Source: Neophaeotheca triangularis (taxonomy: Eukaryota). Taken from it: 53,612 nucleotides of DNA. How positions within the stretch are numbered: position 1 is the first letter of the stretch; the number at the start of each line of letters is the position of its first letter. The translations under genes and the position numbers were made by a program. Positions 35,562 to 47,409 of this stretch are shown in pieces. The DNA is taken from positions 1 through 53,612 of the forward strand of contig BAAIJX010000092.1 in assembly GCA_054600435.1 (NCBI GenBank), in the 5' to 3' direction. The notes under the pieces are model-generated. The model saw only the letters and a program-made list of their open reading frames with translations, had not been told where the DNA came from and did no database searches.

Positions 35562-35956
35562 GCTCGAAGTTGACCTTGAACTCATTGCACTCCGGACTTC
35601 AAGGTATCAGGATCGGCTCCATTTTCGCTGGAGGCGGCACTCTATGGCTTACAATAACTCCTATCGGGCTGTCTGTTTAGTGTCTTAGTGCGTCCACCAC
35701 CAAGAGAGCAATTAGGGGATTGTTCTACCGGGCGGTCTGGATGCACTCCCACTCACCGAGCTCTTTCGCGCATATGAGTGAGTTATCCGTTGCCAAGGAC
35801 TAGGATGCATGGGTTTGAGCAAGTTTCGAACGCCACAAGACTTCACGCCGCTTTCTTTGAAAATACTTAGAGCCACTTCATCTTCGGCGACCGGGCGACT
35901 CACCTTGCGCCTAATCACCACACCGTGGCATATACTGTCCAGCTGCAACCTCAATC

Positions 35957-38169
35957 ATGGCAGTCCGATTCACCAAAGAATGTATGTTGCTTTGTATCCT
36001 CGCATTCAGCTTGTCTGCAGCTGCGATGGACCATTCTGGACGATCCAGGAGTGGTCTCATTGGCTATGGTATCAGCATGTACCATGTGAGTGCTGAGAAA
36101 GAGTGGCAAACATTGCTGCCAGCCAGTACGGATCTCGACTGACAGCTACGCAGCCGCTTTGTGCAACAGCTTGTCAACGTTTCATCTCTCCAAGTCCTTT
36201 GATATGCTCGCACATGATGGATATGGACGGCGAATCGACGACCATGACTGAGCCCGACTGCTACGCTACCGACAATGCTTACTTGACGACCCTCGCCTGG
36301 TGCTGGAATGTGCGCTGCAACGATACGCAAGTCTCGGAGCTTGAACAATACTGGTACACAGATGCCGTCGGCGTTGCTCCCATCAGCGTCCAGCCGGCTC
36401 CCAAATGGACCTATCAAGAAACGCTCCGGCGAATAGAAGAAGCCCCAACAACGGACATGGTGGCATATGAGTTACTCAACAGAACCTCCCTGGTCTCCTT
36501 TGAAGACTGGGACCTCACGTATCGGACACTTGGGAATTTTGAACGCTCCGAGAACCGGCACTCGGAATATGCGTGAGTGGATGCTTGATCCATATGTAAG
36601 GAAGGGGCAGCACTGACAGTGCATACCAACAGTATCGTCGTAATGGTGACTGGCGCCGCCGTTCCCATCGTTTTGTCTTGGCTGCGATTCGTTCCCTTCC
36701 CGGAGGCGATGATGTCCAAGTTCAACGCTGTCTTCGTGAACCCACCTCTGATTGGGTCTCGTCATCAAGTGCCCTATCTGAACCTTGCAATCATGCCTAC
36801 ACGTGGACAAGCTCTTTTCCTCAGCTATATCTTTGTACTGAATATCGTCCTCTGCGCGGTCGGATACACGACTACGCAGCCAAACGCATGGTTCGCGTCC
36901 TCCAACCGCGAGATGCTCACCTACATCTCCAACCGGACTGGCGCGCTGAGCTTCGCCAATATCCCGCTGTTGATATTGTACGCAGGACGCAACAACTTCC
37001 TGCTGTGGTTGACCAACTGGAGCCAGTCAACATTCCTACTTCTCCATCGCTGGGTCGCTTACCTGGCCACACTCGAAGCCATCATTCACTCGCTGATCTA
37101 CCTTCGCATCTATATCTCCACCGGCGAGCATAACACCCAAGCTCAGCTACCTTATTGGTACTGGGGCATCATCGCAACCCTGGGCTTGACAATCTTGATT
37201 CCTGCTTCCATGCTACCCGTCCGCCGAAAGCTGTACGAGCTTTTTCTGGCTTCTCATTTCATCATCGCGGTTATTACCCTGGTCGGCTGCTACTGGCACA
37301 TCTACTACCTCTACCAATACCAATGGGGATACGAGAATTACGTCTATGTCGCCTTCGCGGTTTGGGCGTTCGAGAGATTGGTGCGGTTGCTGCGCATAGG
37401 CAGATACGGTTTGCGCTGGGCGTCTGTTGAGGTACTCGACGATGAGTACCTGAAGATCAGGGTTGCCGGTGTCGCTGCCAACGGACATGCCTATCTGTAC
37501 TTCCCGACGCTCAGCTGGAGAATTTGGGAGAACCACCCTTTCTCCATCGCAGCGTCCAGTGACCCGATAACATCCCCTTCCAGCACTCGGACCTCAACTT
37601 CAAATTCGATCAAGGGCCTTGAAGCAGGCATTGCTGCACCAAGCAAAGATGCCACCGTCGCTACCACTGTACACCACACAGCTACTCCCACAGCCACACG
37701 CCATGCTATTGGCCTCACCTTCTTCCTCCGAACACACTCGGGCACAACTTCGCTCCTTCGTTTCCGCAAACGAGTTCCAGTCCTGGTCGAGACAGGCTAC
37801 GCTCCTCCACACGACTATAGCGGCTTCGAACAAGTCATCTGCATTGCAGGTGGGGTGGGCGTCACCTCCGTTGTTCCAATTCTCCGGGCGAACCGTGAGC
37901 GAGCGAAGCTTTACTGGACTTGTCGCAGCGACGCTCTTGTTAAAGCTGCGGAGGTGATGTTTGAGGGCGTTGAGAAGGACATTGTTGTTGGGAGGCGGCA
38001 CAACATTGTCGACGTCGTTGAGAAAGAGTTTGCGAGTGGTGAGGGCCCCATTGCTGTTGTTGTTAGCGGGCCGGCGGGAATGGCTGATGCTGTTCGTGCT
38101 GCTGTCGCGGGTGTGGGAAGGGCTGGGAAGCGGCCGATTGAGCTGTTTGAGGAGTCTTTTGAATGGTAG
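35957..38169 (+). CDS. Ferric/cupric chelate reductase (FRE family), 3 exons
   Basis: Signal peptide; Cys-rich ectodomain (CYATDNAYLTTLAWC); NRTGALSFANIP, AGRNN, LLHRWVA, AIIHS, YELFLASH, ENHPFS, IAGGVGVT, SGPAGMAD, EESFEW. Introns 36086-36153 and 36573-36632. Confidence 0.93.
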
Positions 38170-38362
38170 ACTATCAGGAGCCACGGCTAATACAATCATG
38201 CAGAGAGAAAATTTGATGATGAACGAAGGGTTGAATTATTGTATGACCTACAAGCAAGCCAATGTTACCGCCACCGCTTGCCATCAAACCATGGCTCGAA
38301 CTTTCTAAACATAGCTTTAAGCACCTAAATTCCATTACTACTTTTATGCAATGCATACCTAT

Positions 38363-40476
38363 CTACGTGCTGGGAGCCCTTTGACTCGCCGAGCCTCCGA
38401 GATTACTTGTCACCGTCAGGCCGGTCGAAGGTAACTTTACACTCCGCGAATCATACGAACAATTTCCCATGTCTTGACTGACCATTGCCAAGATCGTCCC
38501 GGGGTTGGGATTGTTCAACACCAAACTCAACCTCGCATCGTCGGCGTTAGAGCGCGCTACAACGCTGATGGTACCAGACCGTGACGACGTCCACGTAAAG
38601 GAGTCAATGGTGACAGTATCTTTGGCCGCTGGGTCGTTGATGACGGTCACGGTGTCCGTAGAGGAGAGCCCATTCGACTCTGAGGATACTTTGAGCTGGA
38701 ATTGGGAGGTGGTTAGGCTGGTTCCAGTTATTCTCGGGGTCACAAAAGAGGCGTTGCGGTTGTTGGTGCCTTCGAGCGTGACGGATGGGCCACTTAGCTG
38801 TGTCCAAGCGAAGCTGAGATCGTTGGCTGGGAAGTCGGCATTACCGGGTCGTTCGCGGCAGCGAGTGTTACGAGGACGCCCGGGCGGACTTGCAGGTCGG
38901 CACCTGCGTTTGCTACGGGGGCGGTAGTGGGGACGGAAGGCAGGTCTGAAAGCGTAGGAGGTGGCGCTGTGCATGGTTCGGGGGTCGGAGGAGGGCTCTC
39001 GCCAGGCCAGGGCGAGTGTGGACCCCAGATGTTGCCATCGTCGTCGGGCCCAGCGCCATTGGCTAGGTGTTGACAACCGGTGAAGTCGATGGGAGGTGGA
39101 ATCGTACCAGGTCTAGTGCTCTCAGGGAAGACCCATTCACCGACCGATGGGATGTATTGGCCAGCTGTAATCTGACCTCCATTGGTCTCTCTAGTGCCAG
39201 AAGAAGCGGTGATGTGGTAGTCTCGAGAGTACTTGGTGATAGTGCTGGCTTCTGCACGCCATGTCCATCTGCAAAACGGGTCAGTGACGAATAACCAAGC
39301 TCACAAGCGGCAGGCATCCTACTTGTTACGGCCGTAATTAGCTCTAGGTGAGGCAGAGCCAACAACAACATTCGTGATCGTGCCAGTGCATGGATTTATT
39401 TCCGAGCGACGAATCAACACGCTCACCGAAGCATCAGAGCTTAGTTAGAGACGATCCCAAGGCCTGGCAGTCGTAGACTCACGCTTGTGTCGGCAATCTC
39501 AGTCCCAGCAATTGGATCGAACACTCCAATGAGTGCATCCTCCACACGGATGTACATAGGCACCCCGGTCGTTAGGATCTGAACGCTTGGTGCAACGATG
39601 CTATGGCAGATGAGCTCGCCGCCACTCTTTACGCCCGAGTACTTAATGTAGTCTCCGGGCAAGAAAGGCGCCATCGTCAATGAATCGGGTGCGGTACTGC
39701 TTGGGGTGAGCCTCGTCATAACATGGGGCGGCTAGGGGCAACTTACAAGCTATCCCTGCCCGGCGGCCGGTTTGACGAAGAGCATTTGGGATCGTTGGTA
39801 GACCGTGGTACGCACATTGGGAACCCCGAAAAGGCTTATGTGCAGATTTCAGCGTTGGTAAGTGAAGCGATCTTGCTCATGTGAACACTTGCCCATGATG
39901 CTAGGGTTCTCATCATCAGCGGTATACTCAGGCTCTGCATCATACCCAGCAGAGTATACAGCGCGAGGGTCATTGATCCTGATGACTTGGCCACCTTCCA
40001 TTGTAATCTTGCCATCAAAACTCAGGCTTCGTATAACGCCGAGTTTGGCTTGGAGGAGGAACTGAGACATTGACATTAAGCCGGCAATGGCTTGCCCATC
40101 GACATAGTTCCCAGTGACCTAGAAAGGTTCAGAACGAGTCAAATACCAGCAAGAGTAGTCAGAGCTCACCGAGACTTCGTTACCGACATGTCCTTCCATC
40201 GCAATGTCTCTAAAAGGGATGAAAGCCGCCGGTAGCTGGACTTGTAAGTTCTTGGGTATCGTGGTAGAGGCGCCATTTACGACAATGGCGCCTCCGGAAT
40301 TGTAGTCATCGGAGTCCGATTGCGCGCTATTCAGGTGATGAAATTAGACAAGGATGCCATAGTCCCACCGGTAATCCTCAAGCATACCTTTCGAGCCCTC
40401 CTGGAAAGGTGAATGGAACGACTGCCGCTGATGCCAGCGCAGGAAGCAGGCAAAACAAAAACCAGAAAAACATCAT
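38363..40476 (-). pseudogene. Frameshifted multi-exon gene for a large secreted beta-rich protein with a C-terminal PKD/Ig-like domain
   Basis: Signal peptide MMFFWFLFCLLPALASA at 40476. Segments GGAIVVNG...PKNLQVQLPA, IRINDP...ADDENPSI, MAPFLPGDYI, YIRVEDALIG, FAWTQLSGPSVTL...FVTP, VTSNLGGSA lie in different frames, and introns do not explain all the shifts. Confidence 0.7.
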
Positions 40477-41682
40477 CGGCACCACTTATTCATTAATAGT
40501 GGCTTGATGAGGGGCTCTCAAGATGGCAGAAGAGGGTCTCAACGTGTCTTCTGGCCGGGTGCAGGTGAGCCCATATGCAACAGCCTGGTCTAAGTACTAT
40601 CCTCGATGATGCTAGTCCAGAGTCTGGACCATGGTCTCTCCGGGGCGAAAAATGGTCCCTGGTCCCGCATCAGCTGAAGGTGACAGTCCCGATGTGCCAA
40701 ACAACCAGTAGGGGATAGGCGGCGTTGATTTCTCCCCAGTCGACTTGTATCAACGACTTTGCAGGCAGCCAGCGGCCCGGAATAAGAATCTAGAACGTCC
40801 TGAATATCCCGATACTCTCAATTGGGCCTGTACATTGTCAAGTACACCGCCATGTGCCTACAGCAGTGTTGCCGGATAGAGACTTATCGTGCAAGTCAAG
40901 CAAGATGGATCCATAGAAACGACGGCAGATCACCCGGCGATGGGCATCTTGCACCTATGAAGAGATTTGAAGCATGGCCAGGATGCAGTGTATCCAAAAG
41001 ATATCTGCAATAGCCACCGGTAGCGACATTGCAGCGAGGTTGCGCGTTCTAGGCCAGTGAGACCGATGCAGGAACGGGTTAACTGGAATCGCTTGACAAA
41101 CCAAAGTTCCCGACAACCGTTGGCCGACTCTGGAAACGTAGGAGCAGTCTTGATGCCCAAGACAGGTGGCGCGTTCGATTCAGAAGTGAGGATGGCTACG
41201 CTACATTCAGCACTTGCTCACCAATTGTGCCCGCTGCTCGGATGGACACTGGGATTAGGGATCGCGTAGAAGGCTGCCTGATGACAATAGGTGATCCCAG
41301 CGTTGCACAGCATAGACAATGGAAAAACTTGGTCAGCCTGACGCATGTCAGACTTTCGGTCGTAGTTCAGAGCTCAAAATAGTGTTAGAGCAATAAAGTC
41401 GCTTGGAAATGCTTGTGAGATTGTCCGTCATTGGGCGACGCAGGTCTGTAAGCGCCCAGGATCGCAATGTGAGCGAAGATGGAAGCCGTCGTCAAGTGAA
41501 GGTTTAAGCTTGAAGCGGTTGTCTCGCCAAGACTCTGTAGATAATGGTAAGCTCAAGATCAAGGATGTCTGGCGTATAAGATTCAAAGCACTAGGCCATG
41601 AGTCCTTTTCCTTCTTCAATGCCACTGAGCAAACGACAACGCTGGAGAATAATACAGTCAGCCCCTGATCTCAGCTCGAAAG

Positions 41683-41949
41683 ATGTCTACACATCCACCT
41701 AGCGACTCCAACGGGTCCACTCCAGACCACCGAGAAAGCCGCATGTTCTACGTCGGGTTTGACATGACAACTCCACCCACCACTACCCAAGACCAAGCCG
41801 ACTGGAACAAACTCATCTTTGACGTCCAAAAAGACTTCCTCGACGACCTTGCCGGTGTCTCCAAGCAAGGCTACTACGAATTCCAAGTTGGACTCGTGGG
41901 CGAGCTCGACGGCCAGCCAAATCTCCCTCGCAACGGCGCCGATTCTTGA
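41683..41949 (+). CDS. Small hypothetical protein (88 aa), possibly the 5' part of a frameshifted gene
   Basis: ATG in good context (AAGATGT) and C-ending codon bias. No family recognised. Confidence 0.35.
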   Translation: MSTHPPSDSNGSTPDHRESRMFYVGFDMTTPPTTTQDQADWNKLIFDVQKDFLDDLAGVSKQGYYEFQVGLVGELDGQPNLPRNGADS

Positions 41950-42721
41950 CAAAGAGGGTGCTGAGCGGCGAGTACGGAACGGATAGTGAGTGCTACGTGG
42001 GCGAAGTCTTCCATCTCGGTCAAACCTACGTCGGGAACAGGGTTCGGTGGTGGGGAACGGACGGTGCTACATCGTCGAAGTGGAGCGAGCAGCAGATTCA
42101 GGCTTCGTTCGCGCGGTAGAAGTCTGGGGAGACGGTTGTTTGGAGTGAGCATTGAAGAGTGGGCGGGATTCAACGCCGTGAATGAATTCGAGGAGAAGAG
42201 GGCTGCGGATCCTGAGGATGGAGAGCGAGAGGCGGAGGATCGTTAAAGACTAGCCCTTCCGGTCGAACGCCATCTTCCCTTAGGCTTACGCGACTTCGGT
42301 GCGAAGGATCATTGCTGTTAACCTTACCATTGCTATCTCCTACCCAGTGTTGCTCGAGAGGTGAGAGCCCTGCTTCACAACGTGGCTGATGCACCGTCTT
42401 CCGCTTTCAAACCCTTTGTGATGAACAGAGTACGTACAGCAGTCCAGCAGTAATCCGCGTACACCTGCAGATTGTTGGCCTGATACTTTTCGAAAATAAT
42501 GCTCGGGCGATGTGGACGTGAGCCTGCGAGGTTAGAAGAAGCGCGCCAAGAATCTCGTGAAACCCAAAAGTCGAAACTTCGTGACGAGTGACGTTGGACT
42601 TTGTTGCCTGTCCATAAGGTAAGGTACCTTGCTCACTTTTACACAATACACAATCTCGAGCTTCCAGGAATTTTTCACAGATACCAAACCAACACTCCGC
42701 GAAAAAGACAAACAATCAATC

Positions 42722-43231
42722 ATGGGCAACGACAACCCCAACCCTACCGTCAGATCCGCCGAGGAGGCCACTGGCATGGAACCTCTAAACGCTCAGCCCT
42801 CGAAGCCGCAACCACCCCAGCACGACCCGATCGTCTCAGACCCGACTGTCGACACCGTCCCGACAGCTCTCCAAAACCTCCACGCCCCCTTCACCGGCTT
42901 CGTCCTCGCCCTCGACGCCGCCGACACCCGCACAAAGAGCAAAGACACCATCCGCACCTCCAGCGACTACCCCGACAGCAGCAAGTTCGAGGACCTCGTC
43001 AAGGCGGCGTTGAAACCCGAGGGCCCGGTCAGAGCAGAGGGGATCCAGCCGGAGGATGTCAAGTGGCCGGAGAGCTACAGGGAGATCATGAAGACGGTGG
43101 AGACCATGGGCGAGCCAAACGACTTGAAGGTCTACAAGGTGATTCAGGGCAAGAACAAGGCGGAGATTTTTGCTGTAAGCTTGGATTTGGAGAATGATCG
43201 GTTGGTGGGCGTGAAGTTCCCGGAGCAGTAG
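42722..43231 (+). CDS. Small acidic protein resembling fungal nuclease A inhibitor (NuiA)-like proteins
   Basis: ATG at 42722 with strong codon bias. C-terminal LKVYKV...AEIFAVSLD...RLVGVK resembles the NuiA beta-sheet pattern; family call is from memory. Confidence 0.6.
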   Translation: MGNDNPNPTVRSAEEATGMEPLNAQPSKPQPPQHDPIVSDPTVDTVPTALQNLHAPFTGFVLALDAADTRTKSKDTIRTSSDYPDSSKFEDLVKAALKPEGPVRAEGIQPEDVKWPESYREIMKTVETMGEPNDLKVYKVIQGKNKAEIFAVSLDLENDRLVGVKFPEQ

Positions 43232-44440
43232 CGTGGAAGTGAGTGAAGGCGCGCGAAAGTCATGAAGATGTGACGATTGGATAGCGATATCAGAAGCCAC
43301 GAGGTTTTATGAATAAGACACGAATTATTATGTTGGGGACTACGGCACAAAAGCATGATGCTTTGATTGAATCTAATGGAAGAATGCCTGGATACCGAAA
43401 AAAACGGACTGGTCCCTTGAAGAGTCGTCAATCACAAAACCGGAGTCTTCCTGGATCGTTGAGCTGGATATGCCGTTATTCGCTCTCCCACCGTAACTAC
43501 TGCCGAAGCTCTACCATTACTCACTACCGCTGCGTTTGCACGACGAGCTCCCGTTCGACTAATGGAGAGCAGGAACATGTCCAGGTCAAGTATTACTCAT
43601 GCGCTTGAATGCCTCGCAGCGATAGGCCGCTGTACAAAGGTGGGAACAGGTGTTGGAGACTTTTCGTTGCTCAACGCCCATAAGCCGTCGGCGGCAGGGG
43701 CTGGCATTCAATATTCTGCGCCTCCAAGATACTTGTCAAGATACCGAACCAGTACTGTGTGCGAAAACCTGGCGCTCTCCAGCGTTGTTCTTTGACTACG
43801 TTGCGCGAAACAAAAACCCCCGTCGTAGCTGCCCGGAATGGCTTCCTCCGATTATGTGAGTGTCGCTTGATTGAGCATTGTCTGAGATGAGGCGGCAGAT
43901 GGTAAGCAGAATGGACATTGACAGGTCCTGAGCTGCCGAGTATAGATCGTTTCCGCGTGGGGAAAGCAAGTTGAATAAAGCCCTCGAAACGCAACTTTTG
44001 CTCTTAGCCTCGTCTTCTACCAATTGAAGCTCTCAAAGTCAAGATGTTTCTTGGCGATTGCCTCTAGTACCTCGTAGAAGAGACCTGTCGTTTGGCTTGG
44101 AGGCTTCTTGTGGTACTGAAAGGGACGAGGGGTATCCTCATGTGCCTGACCGTCGCTCAGTGTAAGGGTTCGTGAATCGCTCGAGCGAATCGTGCCTAAA
44201 GAGTCGAGGCAATTCGCAAAGGTCACACTGGCATAAAGGGCACCGTTATGGTCAGGATTCCCTAGGTTCTCAGAGCGAAGCTGTGGCACTGCGGTTAACG
44301 GGCGTGATGGCACGTCTCGAAGCTCGTTGTTGAATAAGGGCGCTACTATTATAAGACTGCAAGAACCAACTATCGGCGCATCGTTCCCACAGCCGGCTCA
44401 TCCAGAGCCTCGTGCAGTGTTCTCGACGAAAAGCGAAAGT

Positions 44441-45973
44441 CTAGACCACCGCCCTCCTCACGAGCAGCACCGACATGATGAGCAGAGCACCGCATAGCGT
44501 GAAGCGGTTTTGGCGGTAAACGTCGCCTGACGATTTGTCAGCGAACAAAGTCCTCGCATGGCGGCATCTTGCCAGAGCAGCATGGGTAGATTGGTTGCAG
44601 ACTCACCCTCTCTGATAGTGCATAGCACAAGCGTCACAAACAAACCCAACGGCAACCTCATCATAGAATAGACCTGCCCCCTGGTCTGGTCGGGAATCAA
44701 ATAACTCTTCAAACTCGCCATACTTGGGTAGTACAAGCCAACGCACATCTCGAAAACCCAGAAAGCGTAGAAACGCACGTGCTCCTGCTCGGACAGAATC
44801 GTGACTAGCAAACACGAAGCCGCGGCGGATAAGGCGAGTTGCACCATGTGCGAGGACTGGGCGGTGGGTGAGGATGAGGGGCCTGCGAGACGGCAGATCC
44901 AGCTGCCGAGCATCATTGCGCACATGAAGCTGGCGAAGATGATGCCGAGGGGTGCTTCCGGGGAAGAGGGCCCGCGGGCATTGACGAGGGAGGGCGTCCA
45001 GAAGTAGACGAAGGCGTACATGGAGCCTTCCATTGCGCAGGTTCCGAGGGTGAGGGCGATGACTTTGCCATCTGAGAAGAAGTTAGCATGCTGGGTTCGT
45101 TGGGAGATGAGACGGAGAATACGCTTACCGCTTGCTACTGAGAGAAGGGAAGTGTTTGCTTCTTTGGACGTGGATTGCGCTGAGCCGTAGTTTTCGTTCT
45201 TCGATGCTGTCAGAGAAGTTCATGGTGCGCTTGATGGTATAACCAACCCAGTATTTTGAAATCACTACAGCAGCCAGCCCGAGACAGAAGATGCTCGCCA
45301 CGAATGGCGCCTTTTTGCTCCCAGCAAAGGAAACCAGTACTTGACTAGCAACACCGCACGCGATAGCGGCCGCGCCGTTGAGAGTCGAAGCGGTAGCCAA
45401 TGTGTCGCCCACATGAGCGGCGCCGTCTTCGCGTTCATGAGCCTCGGAAACCAGCCAGGCTTCGAAAACGCTGTACAAAAGGGTAGAGCTGACGCCACCG
45501 AGCATACGGCCAAGGAACATAGCTTCGCGATTCTGAACCAGAGTCAGAGCGCAAGAGAGGGCGTACAGAAGGCAGTAACCGAGACAGCCCTTTCTCCGGC
45601 CATGCTGGTCAGCAAGCTTGCCCACGAAGATGGCGGCCACAGCGCCACTTGCGAAGCCTGTAGTGAAGAGGGCGGAGATGGTGGATTCTTCGAGGTTGTA
45701 CTCATGCTTGTACAGAGAGTAGATGAAAGAGCCTTGAAGCCAATCCGCAGTGACCGCCAGGCCGTAGACTATGAGATATAGTTTGCGGACAGCGGCCCAG
45801 CCTCTGTCAGCGTTTGGGGAGCCCAGAAAGCCTTCATGCTGGTCATTGATTTGACCCTTTTCAGCGTCCTCTTTGATTGAAGTTGCTTCGGGTTTCGCTG
45901 AAGCAGACTGTCGAATTGCTAGGGCGACGTTTGGTAGGATAGAGGCCACGAGGTTGACCAAGTAGAAGCTCAT
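44441..45973 (-). CDS. MFSD5/MOT2-like (DUF791) molybdate-anion transporter family MFS protein, 4 exons
   Basis: ADWLQGSFIYSLY, LFTTGF, ADQHGRRKGC, GGVSSTLLYSVFEAWLVSE, W|NENYG, EGSMYAFVYFWTP, GIIFASFM, RGQVYSMMRLP. Introns 45247-45199, 45128-45072, 44606-44527. Stop TAG at 44443-44441. Confidence 0.9.
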
Positions 45974-47409
45974 GGCGGGGGGGAAAAGAGAGAGTGGCGA
46001 AGCAGATACAGATGGTTCAATTGATACTAAGGAAGCTGCTGCAGCTGCTGCCGGGGTTTTAGGATGTTGATTGTAGCAGCAGAGGAAAAGAGGCTGGTCG
46101 TCTGCGCAAGGTCAGGGACGAGGTGAAGTGGCATCTACGGGTGTTGAGACTTGGGACAGCCAATTACGTCGTTACGGGGTTGACAGTGTCGGGATTGCGT
46201 ACACTCGTACCTTAATAAGACCTAGGTACTGCACTTAAGTACGGCAATCCGGGGCTGGCGCGCCAAGTTTCAAACAAACCTGCTAATAAAGTGGATGATG
46301 AGAGGCGCGGTAAGGTAGGGAAAGGAAAGGATAGGTAAGGTTCCATACTTTAGGGGGGAGAGATCAACGGTGGTGTAACACGGTCCGTGGTTATGCCTTG
46401 GCTCGCGCATAACATTCTTCTAGGGCTTTGTTCGGCTGTTCGGGGAAGGGATGATAACAACAACATGACGTTGGACGATAATGAATAGGTAATGGGATAT
46501 GGATCTGTGTTATTACCTAGCTAGATATATGATGCTAGATACTTGGCTATATCGCTTTATTCAACACATACGTTACATACGATATTCAGCCATGTCTTCA
46601 GACTGTCGTTTCCACTGTTGTTCTTATTGTTCTTGTTGTTGTCCTCTCTCCTATCCGATGCATCTAGATTGCCCCGCGTTCCTTTCCACCCCCATGTACA
46701 TGTTAGTACTTTGGAGCTCTTCCCCGTCGTTTCGCCAAAGTCAAAACAGCCCTACGTCTCCGAAGGGTTACGAGTACGAGAGATGCATAGACGATAACGT
46801 TAAGTTATTTGGGGACGGATTTCACAACAACACCCGACGTCTATGATGGTTTCTATCATGTGTATGAAGAATGAGGCAAGATATCCTAGATAGTTACGTT
46901 GCGTGAAAGCGCATCAGATTCGCGTTCAATAATTACAAGCATGCACACTTACCTAGGTATTGTCTGGGCAGGGGACAGACGTGCGGCAGGAACATAAGGT
47001 ACCTTACCACATAGTAGTAAAAGCGCCATAGCGACCTTGGCGAGCTGACGTGTGCAAGTCGATCGTGAGATTCGTGACTGACCAGCAGAGGAGTCGAGGA
47101 CAGGAGAGTTGAATGTTGGCCTGCCTGTACTGTGCAGATACCTTGTCACGCTTGTTTTACGAGCTTTCCAAGGTTATCATCATTAATTATCATCATTTTC
47201 CATTCACTGCGCGTGTTGTTGATAAAACCATACCTGGCCTGTCCCGTGTCCCGTGCGTGGCTTCTTGCCCTGATGTGATTGCATGTGATACCTATCCTCT
47301 CCCTCTCCCTCTCCCTCTCTATCTCTCCCTTCCCCTTTCCTTTCGGCCTACCTCTCCCGCAGCCCTCTCAACAGCGCCGCCGTAACCTCTTCCCATCACC
47401 ACCGTCGCC

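Noticed and set aside
35810..35825. TGAGCAAG upstream of the ferric reductase as a Mac1-type copper response element
   Set aside because: Single imperfect match to TTTGCTCA, not distinguishable from chance.
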